A program made the position numbers and the translations under genes. From Macrostomum lignano (Eukaryota): DNA of 64,000 bases. Numbering within the stretch: position 1 is the stretch's first letter; each line of letters starts with the position of its first letter. The stretch is taken from the NCBI GenBank assembly GCA_002269645.1, contig NIVC01000551.1, positions 434,001-498,000 of the forward strand. The letters run 5' to 3'. Shown here piece after piece: positions 24,712-37,600 of the stretch. Under the pieces are notes generated by a model. The model did not search any database and was not told where the DNA came from. It was given only the letters and a program-made list of their open reading frames with translations.

Positions 24712-27700
24712 ATGCACTGCGTGTCTGCTGGAGCTCGACGTCTCTTCCGCTGCAGTTGCTGCTGCTGGCTGCTTCTGGTTGCTGCTGCAGCTGCTCTGCT
24801 GCTGTGCGATGAGGCGGCTGCTCAAAGCACGTTGTGTGGAAAACTGGTGCCGGGTCAGGTGGATCCTGTGACAGTGGCTGCTGTTCGCTCTTCTACAAAT
24901 TCATCAATAACAGTTGATTGGCTGCCACCAGACCGTGGCATCACAGGGTACTTTTACATAGTAAACTGCCCCAGATGTCCCAGTCGGCAGCACAACACTT
25001 CAGATAAGACATTCACATTTCGAGGTCTCACAGCGGCTACTGAGTACAACTTCTCCATTCAGGCTGGACTTTGGAACTGCAGACTCAGCCCTGCATTCCA
25101 TCTTTCTGGAAAGACAGGTGATAATGAAGCTGAAACTTCAGTACAGAATGCACTTTAGGTGCCACACTGGCTGCTACACTTTGGCCACCTGAATTTTCCT
25201 GGATTTTTACGAGTGTAAATACGCTCGTGAGATCATAGCATTTCTCACTCTAACAAATCAATTCGATTATTCTAAGCTTTGTCAGTATTCCAACTATTGT
25301 TTGATACTAATTTATTGCTGCTAAAAATACCAAACCAGCTCGCGAAACTTCACAACATCAGTTAAGCAAAATTCCCAACACAATTGTAGTACTCAACAAT
25401 ATCCCAGGACGAGTGCACATCTCGGATGTGACGGAGACGAGCTTCAGAGCCCGGTGGGCGGCCTCTCCCGATGTTGGAGTCGAGTATGAAGTCAGCTGCG
25501 CTGGCAGAGTGCCAGACACAACCGCTGTGTGCACAGGCCAGCCATCCGGAGCCTCTGTCACTGTCACTGTGAGACCCGTCAAGACTGGGTTCCCGCCTGC
25601 GACTTTCATTTACGGCAGAACTTTGACCAGTGAGCTCCATTGTCATATTGGAGATATTTTAGCTGTACTGCAATGCAGAGACTAGAGACCATAAAGTATT
25701 GTAGAGCTATTTTTTCCAATTCTGATTATTTGAACTGTGAACTGAGATTTTACCAAACTGTTTTTTCATACCGTGTTGTAGCTAATGATAGCAGTAACAG
25801 CACTCAGCTATACTGATTTGCATTGATTGCCGACCTCCACAGTAAAAAATTGGGTTTAAAAACTCATAAGAAATTGATACCAGGCCCTGATTCTGTTGCA
25901 TGACGGTATGCGCAATCGGATGTAGTTGTGGATCATTTATGCACTTTAATAACTGCATTCATCTGCGTCTTGTATAAATTCTTAGGTGGGCCATGCAGAC
26001 CTGGAAATATAAAGACAGATTTGCTTAGTGAACAGACAAAGACAGTTCTTGCAGTTCTCGCATTTCTTGCAGATGCTTCTCAACTGTGTGAGTGGCAAAA
26101 TGAGGTGTGCTCTCAATACCTGCAAGTTTGCTTTTTAATAGATAATTAATTGTAAATCAATTCAGTTCTATCACGTTCCTCAAAAACCTAACTTGTCAGA
26201 GATGTTCACTAATTGCAGAGCTGTTCGGCATTGACGCCAGCTCAGCTCAGTACAGCTCCAATGAGACCGCCATCTCTGTGACTTGGCAGCCATCCAGCAC
26301 TTCTGGCGTCTCGTACCAGCTCACCTGCAGGCGAGTCGGCTCAGGTGAAGTCTCGACTGCGTCTTCAACCACTCCGTCTGCCACCTGCGGCTCCCTGCAG
26401 TCTGGACAGGAATATGAGCTGCGGGTGGCTGTGTGGAAAGCGGGCGGCTTTGCTGACGTCATCACGCGTCTGTCCAACCAGCTGACCAGTGAGTCTTGCT
26501 CAGCTGCTGCGGTGCCACAATTTCTTGTTAAACAATATTTACCTAAGCATAATCATTGATGCAGATGAATACTTGAGAGGTAGAACGGCTCTGTGGCAAA
26601 TGCTTCTGACTTTCACATCAAAAGGTGCACAGCGTCAAAATTTCAAGTTGCTAGAATTTCATCCGCTTACGGACATTTCCCCTCCGGCGTTTCCCCTCCG
26701 GACATTTCCCCTCTGGCGTTTCCCCTCCGGACATTTCCCCTCCGGACATTTCCCCTTCAATAGTATTATAATATAAAAATAAAAATGTACAAACTAATAT
26801 AATAATATAATAGTAATAATATATAAAACATTTTTTATATATTAATAGTAAAGATAATAATAATATATTATATTATGATTTTATTATAATGAAACCTATA
26901 ATAAAACATAATAAAACCACCTACTCTCACTTTTTACTTACATAATTTTTTAAATAAAAGCGATCTAACAGCATAACTACATGGATGTGACGTACATGCG
27001 TGCAAAACTTTTTTTGGCATGTTCTAAAGCTCTGTTATTTCGTTATAGCTGGATGGGAAATGTCCGGAGGGGAAATGTCCGGAGGGGAAACGCCGCCGAG
27101 GGGAAATGTCCGGAGGGGAAATGTCCGGAGGGGAATCGCCGCCGAGGGGAAATGTCCGGAGGGGAATCGCGGGAGGGGAAACGCCGGAGGGGAAATGTCC
27201 GGTAGCCAATTTCATCAGATATCAGAAAGTGTGACTGAGTTTACAGTGACTGTTTAGATGTTGATTGAGTCCTCACTGCCCGCCACTGCTGCTTATCCCT
27301 GGTTGTGGTTTTACCCACAAACTACCCCGGAATGTAAAGGGCTTAGTGCTACGTTGAGTATTTGCAATCATGAGATACTTAGGAAAGAGGTAATAATCTG
27401 CGTATGGCAGTACAAAATTGTCTCTTAAGCTTGACATAGACAAAAAAAGCTTAACTGCAAGACAAACACCCACAATGGATAAATAATCAGCGGTCCCAGT
27501 GCATGACAACGATTGTCTGGCGAGCGCCGGTAGGCGCAAGCCATAGACAAATCGTTGTCACGTGCTGCGACCGCTGATTCTTTTCATTGTTTTTCTGTTT
27601 GACGATCCTACAGACAATTCATTGTTTGTAGTAATGGATTGTTCTGCATTAAAAATGTGAATAATGATCGTCAAATTGCTAAGCAATGGGTCACATATTC

Positions 27701-30700
27701 AGCAATAACTTTTGAGGTAAGTTTTAAAGAAAGATTAAATATTGCGCTTTAAGGTAAATCAAAGATGCAGCTTTCAGCATTCACGGAATGAGCCCTAGGG
27801 CCAAAACTGCCGCCACTTTCTGAACACCGCTTGAAGAAGCGAGAATATCCACTTATTTTGCGCTGTATTTAAATTGCTGCGTGCTCAAAAGAAACTGATA
27901 TTTTTGCATTCAGTAGAGATTCATCAATCAGTTAGTGAAGGGGAGACAAAGACAAAACAGGCATTGGGATGCGCCCCAAGGCCAAACTAACAAAAAACGA
28001 ACGAATCAGATAATTTACAGAAAAAGGGTAAGGCAAGGGATAAGAGCAGAAATATGAACCCTGAAATCACATGTAAAAGCCCATCAAGGCAATTCTCTTT
28101 AAAAGCATTAAATCTGCGGCAGCCACAGCATCACTTCGCCAATCTCCGACGCATTTCACCTCTTGAGCAGACAGCACAAGAATAATGGGCCCAGGCAGCG
28201 CCTCCTCTGCACAGGCTGTGCGCTGAGAACGAGCGAGCGAGCGTCGTGCCCATCAGTTGCTAGGCAGCAGAGGATCCGCTCGCCAACTGATAAGAGAACA
28301 CGGGTTGCCAAGCTTTCTGATGCGAATGTGGCTCTCTAACGCAGACACCGGGCAAAGCGGGTGTCCTTCTTTTAGCCTTGGAAGCAACACTCGGAGCAGC
28401 TTCGCGAAGAATTGGTTCGTCTTGCCATAACTGACGGAGAGCACGACAACCTCCGGGTGGCGTTGAAAGGCTGAGACGGAGATTGGCGAAGCGGACTGCT
28501 GACTGGGCAGGAGACTGGAACGCCGAATCATCCCCCAACCAGCAATCAGCGTCACAGGCCAGCAGACTCTATCAAGGGAACTGCTCGAATTACGACGTAA
28601 GTCACTTCCTCGCAGACAACAACATCGCAGGCGAGATCGGCAGCTTCCGTCTTGGCCGCTGGCTCATCCTCCGTTTGGCGCCGTGAACGAGCAGTGGGAC
28701 CAGGTGGTATTTTGATAGGTCCTCAGTACCAAAGGCTTTTAACCAGCTGGACAGTGCACTGATGTGAGTACGCAGACTGTTAAAAGATCTCAGGTGGCAT
28801 TTGACCAGGTGAGTCGGGTGTGTCGAATTGAGTCGGGTTAGTCGGATCGAGCCGGGTTGGTCCGACTGAGTCGGGTTGGTCGGATCGAGCCGGGTTGGTC
28901 GGATTGAGTCGGGTTAGTCTTGCTCTTGTTGAGTAGCTACGCCAGGACTGGACGGCTGATGAGATCGCCCTACGGTACTGCGAAGCATCTGCTCCGGCGA
29001 GGAGGCGAGGCGGCGTTGCAGGGAGGCGCTTTGTGAAAATAAAATACGGGAGCCGAAAACAAGGCAAAGGTGCTGGCAGATGTGAAGCACAAATTCCGTT
29101 CTGACTCGAAAAATTCATTGACTGAGGCGCCAGGTGGCAGGCTGCAGTCATGAATGAGGCAGATGGAAGACGAGTCTGCCTTAGCGATCGCACCAAGTGC
29201 ACTTCCGAAAAGCGGTCGATTGCCTGCTTGGCAGCGCCATTAGCGGTGCTGCTCAAGCTCCTGGCGCACCTGGGCCTCAATAGCTTGCTGGTGAAAGTAA
29301 CTGATCTGTACAAAAGTAACTTTGTTAGAAATACAGAAGTCGTTCTTCAAACCATCGAGCACGAACCTGACTCGGTCCTCCGGCATCTCGGACCCAGCCA
29401 AACTGCAAAGACAAGACTGCTTGACAACTCTGTTGAACTCGGTCACTTGGGGGTGGGGGCGGTTCCACCGTCGTGGGGGCAATGGAGGGTAACCCGACGA
29501 TAGACTCTGAGTTCTGTTCCTCAAATCACACGCTAGATTTTTGAAAGTTGACCCGAGTCTCCATCAGCGTGGTCTCGGGCTTCGGAGTGCGGCTGTGTGC
29601 ATCTGCTTCACTGATGAGCTGTTGAAGTCGAAACAGACCCGTGGCTGCGTTCGCTTTTTAGACGCTGTTGCATTTATTATTTTTGTTGGTGCCATCAAAT
29701 GTGTTGCCACCAGACCCAGGACTGTGCTGACAGCATTCCACCGCGTTCCGTCAAGCTGGAGAAGCCGAAACTCGTCATCATATGACATGACTTTTGTGCG
29801 ATCGAAGAGTAAATCTAGCAGGTCGGAGATGATCAATCAACTCGGAAGAATCGATTCTACCATCAACAACACGCAGCATTTGAACCTGTAATTTATGGCT
29901 GCTGGAGATAAAGTTGCCAAACAACAGGGACTCAGGCTTTACCACTCCAACAGCAGACTGGATTCCTTGTCTCTGGTGACGCTCACTGATAAAATCAACC
30001 ACTCTGTACACCACCGGCGCATGAGCATGCAAAGCTTCAGCCCCTGTCTGCCCGAAAATACATTCGTTATACAAATCATGCCACTCACCGGGAGTCTGAT
30101 CTCGTCAGACTCATTCTTTCGCGGCCGTCGCGCTACATTGACGCGCTTTAGCGAGTTCTGCCCCGAGATCGAGATCCAGCAGCCGAATACGCAGTTCAGT
30201 CTTCTGCAGCTGTTCCTCGACTCTGCCTCCCGTCGCCGCTCAACATTCGGCCGAGGCGCCCGCTACCAGTTGCATCTCGCCCTCAGGTGGAGCCAGACTA
30301 ATTAAATCGGGTGTGCCAGCATTCGTTGGTGGTGTCTTGTCCACTTGAGTACGACGGGATGAGCTTCTGTCCTGCTCGAGCTCCTTGGCAATGCGACTCA
30401 GGCGACTTGTCAGCTCTTTCTTATTGCCATTAGTAGGCAGGCCGCGCTCTCTAAGGGCTTCTCGAAGCGCTTTGTTTGATGGAGGCAGTATGAGTACGAA
30501 GGTGTTTGACATGATTTAGAAGTAAAAAAAATTAAACCTGAGCAAACGCAATTAGCCACAAAGGTGGCGGTCTAAATAGACACAGCGTTGACGACACACT
30601 CACCACCCCACAACACAACAAAAACACAACAGCCCCTGGCACTAAAGGCGGTTAGAAGTCTCTGTATCAGATTATAACTCGAAAAAATTGGGACTTTTAA

Positions 30701-32915
30701 GTCAGGAGCTGCTTAACCACCTCACAACCGCAGAGCTCTTCCCGATTGACGCCAGCTTAGTGAGTTTCACCATCACAGAGACTTCCATCTCCCTGACTTG
30801 GGTGGCGTCCATCACTGAAGGAGTTCTGTACCGGATGACCTGCAGGCGAGTCAGCACAGGGAATTCAACATCTCTGCCTCCATCAAAGTATCTGAGTGCC
30901 ACCTTCAGCAATCTGCAGTCAGGAGAGGCCTACAACCTGAGTGTGGCTGTCACTAAGCAGGGCGGCTTCGATGAAGTTGTCACCTGGCTGCCAATCCAGC
31001 TGACCAGTAAGTTGGAGCTCAGCAAATGATTGCAGCTGCTCTGATGAGGCACAGCTCGCTTCTATTGTGTCCGTTTCATTGCAGAGCTGTTCAGCATTGA
31101 CGCCAGCTCAGCTCAGTACAGCTCCAATGAGACCGCCATCTCTGTGACTTGGCAGCCATCCAGCACTTCTGGCGTCTCGTACCAGCTCACCTGCAAGCGA
31201 GTCGGCTCAGGAGAAGTCTCGATTACGTCTTCATTGACTCCGTCTGCCACCTGCGGCTCCCTGCAGTCTGGACAGGAATATGAGCTGCGGGTGGCTGTGC
31301 AGAAGGCGGGCGGCTTTGATGACGTCATCACAGCTCTGTCCAACCAGCTGACCAGTGAGAATTGCGTTTGTACTGACTTTTGTTACAGCCTGTTTTCAAA
31401 TCAACTCTGAATGTGCTGGTACTTTCACGGAATTCAGAGGACAGCGTTGCACCTGCGGTGTCCGGCCTGACGATTCTGCTAATCCCTGGCGGTCCCGTCC
31501 GCCTCAGCTGGAAGCCGCTCAGCCCCGAGCTCGGCCGGGGCGTCGTGTTCGAGTTCGAGCTGCGACTGGACGGTCCGGGCGGCTGCGCGGCGGCCCGGCG
31601 GCTGAACTGCTCCGACTGCGGCCGCCACCGCCTCCAGCTGCAGTCTGAGGAGGCCCGGCAGCGGCTCGAGGCCCTGACGGCCGACTGCTCAGCGCCGGTG
31701 CTCGTGCGAGCCTTCGAGTTCGGCGACGCCTCGCTGTCCGCGGAGGTCGCCGTCAGCTCCGAGGGCGCCTCCCCGCGCTCGCTGCTGCCCTGGACCGAGT
31801 ACGGCGCCTCGCTGTGGCCGGTGAACCTCGCGGGGCCCGGCGCCGTCGCCTCCGCCTCCTTCCGCAGCCCGGAGACTCGCAGCGGCGCCGTCGGCGGCCT
31901 GCGGGCGACGCCCTCGGAGGCGGAGGCGCTGGTGGAGTTCGAGGAGCCTCGGCTGCCAAACGGCCTGCTGCAGGCGTTCGCTGTGCATGTGAGAATCACG
32001 AGTACTTTGATTGAGGCTACTGAATGGTTCATTTCGCACGAGGCATTTCATGACATTCCGCAGGTGTTCAATGTGGCTTCTAATGTCTGCTCGCAGCTGC
32101 TGGTGCTGAACTCCACCAACGCCGGCTGCCAGTTGCCCTCCTGCACAACGGGAGGCTTTCTGGACCTGCTGTCCAGGACGTGCGCCAGCACCCAGTACGT
32201 CAACAACAGCGGTAACGGCTCAGACGCGTACGCCGTCAGAGTGCGGCAGCTGCAGCCGGGCACCGAGTACTCGGTGAGGGTGACGCCGGTCAGCCAGACT
32301 TTAGCTGGGGACTCAGCTGAGCTCAACTTTGTCACTGCTGGTGGAGACGGTGGCGGTGGCGCAGCGACCATCGTGGTGGCAGTCGCGGTGCCGCTGGTGG
32401 TCATTCTGGCTATCGTTGCGGCTTCGCTGATCTTCCTTCGGATTCGTCGGCAAAACAGGTGCGACTCAAATTTTGTGCTCAAAGCAGCTGAGCTGGGAAG
32501 GTGCAGAGAAACTGAGAGTCCCGGTTTCGATTCCGTTAATTTGTGTGCACGTACCTGATGGTGAGGTGGTCAGGACCGATGTGCACTCTGTGTGAGCCTG
32601 TGTTATGCTGCAAAGTTTCATTGGCTGAATGATGTCCCCAAACTACAAACTGAGCACCTGGTCTGAGAGCCATTGGTTAGTGCTGGTGGCTCGAACTCAA
32701 ACCGAATTTTACAGAGTGCTCAACTTAATTTAACAGCAGGTGCTGTCATTTCATTGAACCCTTCCAGATCTCCACAGAAAGCTGCCAAGCCAGCTTCTGA
32801 CAGCCCTGCAGGCAGCGGAGTCAGCGGTGCACCAAACGATTACGCCACTGTGGTTGGAGGCTCCGCTCAGTCAGCTGAATATGTGGAGATCCCTGCTGTG
32901 AATGGCCGGCGTTAG
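24712..32915 (+). CDS. Gene 2: FN3-repeat receptor (about 7 FN3). Exons 24712-25117, 25390-25629, 26219-26488, 30734-31006, 31085-31354, 31438-31988, 32064-32458, 32768-32915
   Basis: Same signal peptide, exon sizes and phases as gene 1. TM helix IVVAVAVPLVVILAIVAASLIFL. Tail NDYATVVGGSAQSAEYVEIPAVNGRR*. Confidence 0.85.
26664..27207. mobile_element. Non-autonomous foldback/MULE-like element, 544 bp, with a 9-bp TSD
   Basis: Modular TIRs built from GGACATTTCCCCTCC at the left end and GGAGGGGAAATGTCC at the right end, with an AT-rich core. AATTTCATC is duplicated at 26655-26663 and 27208-27216. Only one copy of this motif is present at the paralogous empty site near 17440. Confidence 0.85.
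27936..30655 (-). mobile_element. Degenerate tyrosine-recombinase element, copy 2, 2720 bp
   Basis: Same termini (GTTAG|TGAAGGGGAG...GGCGGTTAG) and ORF remnants as copy 1, in the equivalent intron, but more diverged. Confidence 0.8.
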
Positions 32916-33249
32916 AGACTTGAGGTTACATTGCTCAGTGAAACTGAGTGAACCTCAATATTTGAGTCTGTTTGCACAAAATATAATAATATGTGTTACA
33001 CCCACATTGCAGACTAATCATTGCATTGATTGACTATTCTAACGAAAACTGAATTTCCAAATCTCTGCTCTGCTGTGATGTCACAATACTACTAATGGGT
33101 AGCAATCGATAGCCTGTTATGTCAGGTTGATTTCTCTCTGATTGTCAAACCCTGCATTGATGACTGCTTTTTCAGAATTATATGAAATATATTTTAAATC
33201 TATCATGTACGATACACACTTATTGGTACATTCAGACTAAATAAAAAAG

Positions 33250-33885
33250 AACATTCAGATGGCATAATGAGTGACATTCAGATTGCATAGGGAATGACAT
33301 TCAGATTACATAAGGAATGACATTCAGATTGCATAGGGAATGACATTCAGATTGCATAGGGAATGACATTCAGATTGCATAGGGAATGACATTCAGATTG
33401 TATAGGGAATGACATTCAGATTGCATAGGGAATGACATTCAGATAGCATAATGAGTGACATTTAGATTGCATAGGGAATGACATTCAGATTGCATAGGGA
33501 ATTACATTCAAATTGTATAGGGAATGACATTCAGATTGTATAGGGAATGACATTCAGATTGCATAGGGAATGACATTCAGATTGCATAGGGAATGACATT
33601 CAGATTGCATAGGGAATGACATTCAGATTGCATAGGGAATGACATTCAGATTGCATAGGGAATGACATTCAGATTGCATAGGGAATGACATTCAGATTGC
33701 ATAGGGAATGACATTCAGATTGCATAGGGAATGACATTCGGATTGCATAGGGAATGACATTCAGATTGCATAGGGAATGACATTCAGATTGCATAGGGAA
33801 TGACATTTAGATTGCATAGGGAATGACATTCGGATTGCGTAGGGAATGACATTCAGATTGCATAGGAAATGACATTCAGACTGTT
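33250..33885. repeat. 23-bp minisatellite (TGACATTCAGATTGCATAGGGAA)n
   Basis: Tandem array downstream of gene 2. Confidence 0.95.
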
Positions 33886-34390
33886 GATATTGATATCAAA
33901 ATGAAAACTGTATTTTGAAGAGAGTCTTGAGCAATATGACTCACTGATAGCACAGAAAACCTGTGGATAAGCCAGGTGTTTCCGTGATGCAAAACCGGAG
34001 GGCTACTGCTCAAAACTGCAAAAGGACACTCCAACTGACAGTCAGCCATGCATGTGGCTTCTCTGCACTACTTTGAGCTGCTCAATATCAGCTGGTGAAA
34101 CTGCAGATAAGAACAGATGCGTCTGTACTGCGCATGGCTGGGCGAAGCCACTGATAAACAAGTCTTTCTGAAGAAAAAAATATTCGTGACTGTCCGCAAC
34201 ATGGAGACTCAGCTAATGGCTCTGTTTATAGCTGAGCTCAGGCTGACTTGGCGAGCGTTGTCAGACTCAAAATGTCAGCTGCAGCTGAGGCCGTTGACCG
34301 TTGAGGCGGTTGCTCAAAGTGACCTCGTGAGGAAAATCCTGACTAACCATGCTTTTGAGTACTTTATTGACGGATCCATAAGTTGATATT

Positions 34391-34473
34391 TTCCAGGTAG
34401 CTCTGCACTGCGGCAGATAAGAGCAGGTGCGCACAAGCTCTACTTATCATGGCAGACGCAAAACAGGCGATAG
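34391..34473 (+). promoter_or_regulatory. Conserved upstream module of gene 3
   Basis: Matches 13744-13826. Confidence 0.5.
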
Positions 34474-34647
34474 CAACTTTTTGCAATAACTTTGCTTTTT
34501 TCAGTTTAAGGCCTGAGCTTGGCTCAGTGTGCGAGTTTTTTTAGAGCGAAAGTCCGCAATAAATTTGACTGCAAAAGCCACCTCTGGGACTTTTATCGGA
34601 TCAGCACAAACACAATTTTCGTCACACAGGTTTCTCAAACTCGCAAA

Positions 34648-37600
34648 ATGCACTGCGTGTCTGCTGGAGCCCGACGTCTCTTCCGCTGCAGTTGCTGCTG
34701 CTGGCTGCTTCTGGTTGCTGCTGCAGCTGCTCTGCTGCTGTGCGATGAGGCGGCTGCTCAAGGCACGTCGTGTGGAAAACTGGTGCCGGGTCAGGTGGAT
34801 CCTGTGACAGTGGCTGCTGTTCGCTCTTCCACAAATTCATCAATAACAGTTGATTGGCTGGCACCAGACCGTGGCATCACAGGGTACTTTTACATAGTAA
34901 ACTGCCCCAGCTGTCCCAGTCGGCAGCAAAACACTACACATGAGACATTCACGTTTCGAGGTCTCACAGCGGTTACTGAGTACAACTTCTCCATTCAGGC
35001 TGGACTTCAGAACTGCAGACTCAGCCCTGCATTCCATCTTTCTGGAAGGACAGGTGAGAATGAAACTGTGCGGGTCATTCAGTACAAAATGCACGCAGCC
35101 TCGGGTTCGCCGTTGGCTGCCACACCTGGCCACCTGGGTTGCTAAATAATTTCATAGCATTTCTCACTCTCTAACTGATCTGAATTTGATTATTCGATGA
35201 GTCCTGTTAGTGTTCCAATTTTATTATTTACTAATATGATGCTGTTTGAATACCAAACCAGCTTGTAAAACTTCATAAATCACTGAAGCAAATCCCAACA
35301 CAATTGCAGGACCCAACAGTATCCCAGGACCAGTGCACATCTCGGATGTGACGGAGACGAGCTTCAGAGCCCGGTGGGCGGCCTCTCCCGATGTCGGAGT
35401 CGAGTATGAAGTCAGCTGCGCTGGCAGAGTGCCAGACGCAACCGCTGTGTGCAGAGGCCAGCCGTCCGGAGCCTCTGTCACTGTCAGAGTGAGACCCGTC
35501 AAGACTGGGTTCGTTCCTGGCTCTTATATTTGCGGCACAGCTTTGACTAGTGAGTTTCATTACCATATTGGAGATATTTTAGCTGCACTGCAATACAGAC
35601 AGGCCCAAAACTATAAAGTTTTATTGATGTATTTTGCAAACTCTGTTAATTTGAACTGTGAGCTGAGATTTGATCAAACTGCAGTTTCAAATCGTGTTGT
35701 AATGATATTAACTCTAAATCAATTCAGCATCAAAGAAACTTCCGTAGCAATTAAACTCGTCAGAGATGCTCATCAATTGCAGAGCTGTTCGGCATTGACG
35801 CCAGCTCAGCTCAGTACAGCTCCAATGAGACCGCCATCTCTGTGACTTGGCAGCCATCCAGCACTTCTGGCGTCTCGTACCAGCTCACCTGCAAGCGAGT
35901 CGGCTCAGGTGAAGTCTCGACTGCGTCTTCAGCCACTCCGTCTGCTACCTGCGGCTCCCTGCAGTCTGGACAGGCCTTTGAGCTGCAGGTGGCTGTGCAG
36001 AAGGCGGGCGGCTTTGATGACGTCATCACGTCTCTACCTGGACAGCTGACCAGTGAGTTCCCTCTGGTGCTTTGCTTTGGAAATAAAAAGCGGTGGCAAA
36101 AGTCAAGGCTCGCGTTCGCATCGCCGTCAGTTGAGCCAGCCTTGTGCATTGATTTGACAGTAGGAATCGATGGCTTTGGCTTGAGCAGTCAAGATTTTGC
36201 ATCTCCATATTCTGCATTATGCATGCTCATTAGTATTCAACTTGAGATTTATGAGCAACTGAACTGCTTAGATCTTTTGCTGTGCTGAGACTGTCGACAA
36301 AGCGTATTAATTGTTTTATACGCTTCACTTGGTCTTAGTATTTATTGAAATGAATACTTGAGCATAAAATATTCAAAAATTATTTCTCACTCAAAACATA
36401 CCTACACGTGATTTCCATCGGGGGTACCAGAGAGTATGTGATGTGTTCCTTACTACCAAGACTTTCTCAGTAATCAAGGAACAATCACTTCTAGCTACTG
36501 CTAGGCAACCCAGTAATCAAATGAAGGTATCTCCTACCTTGATTCCTGTCTTGGAGAGCTCCTCCTTGTGTTGCAGTTCTCTGTCTTCTTTACTCGTTAG
36601 ACGTCTATATTTCGTAGACCAGGTTCGCGTTCCTTTTACTTCCACTGAAGTCGTTTCCGGCCGGTATCTGTCGTTCGGACCAATCAGAAGCTTCGTATTA
36701 TAAATGGGGATCCCTGCGCCTTAATGCGGTTTCAAATAAGCCTTCTCCTTCTAGAAGTGCCTTAATGCACTCTAGGTATAGCTCCGGTAGTCGCTGATAG
36801 TCCTCTAAGATCTATCAGGGTAGTCCTTCTGGAGACTACAACCAATGGAGCCTCAATAGACTCAAGAGTCTCAACAGACTCTAACTCAACAACAACAGTG
36901 AGTCGACTTAAACAACAGGCGCAAATGAGTTAGGCTTACCGCAAGAACTCAGCCGAGTCTCGATTGACTTGGTCTGCAGGAAGTCCTGCTGAGGCTTCCT
37001 CTTCGGAGCTTCTCCTTCTGTAGGTTCGGTTGTTGGCTCCAGGTCCGCTTCGGACCACTTGTGTTTATAGAGAAACAGACCCCTCGTGAGGTCGTTCATC
37101 ACCTTTTTCGTAAATGTCAAAGGGTCACGCTTTGGTTGCTGTCAAGCATGACAGGGTAGAAAGTTAAGCCACTAGTCTAGTGTAAGCGCGCATGACTGGT
37201 TATCGTGGTTGGGTTATTTTGGTCTTTCTTTGATCGGTTCATCCGGTGCAGGCCGAATGATGAATCGCAGATGGGTCTACACTTGACAATTGTAGGTCAC
37301 GCATGATTGGTCGGTTGCTATAAATAGCATGTTCGACTTTACTCTCTTGTGATTGGTTAATTAAAATATATATGTGATTCAGTACTTCATTTTATACATG
37401 CTACTTGGTATACTACTGAATAAAATGTGAGTAGTACATTAACACTTTTTAATGTCTTTTTATGGGAAGTAGAACAGAATAAGTAGCGTCGTTGCGGTAA
37501 AGGCAAATGTTCTACTGGTAAACACAAAATAAAAGCAATAGGCCTCAGTTTAAAAAATGCAGACAGTTTTCGCAGCTACTTTAAATAGTTGGTCTGTTGA

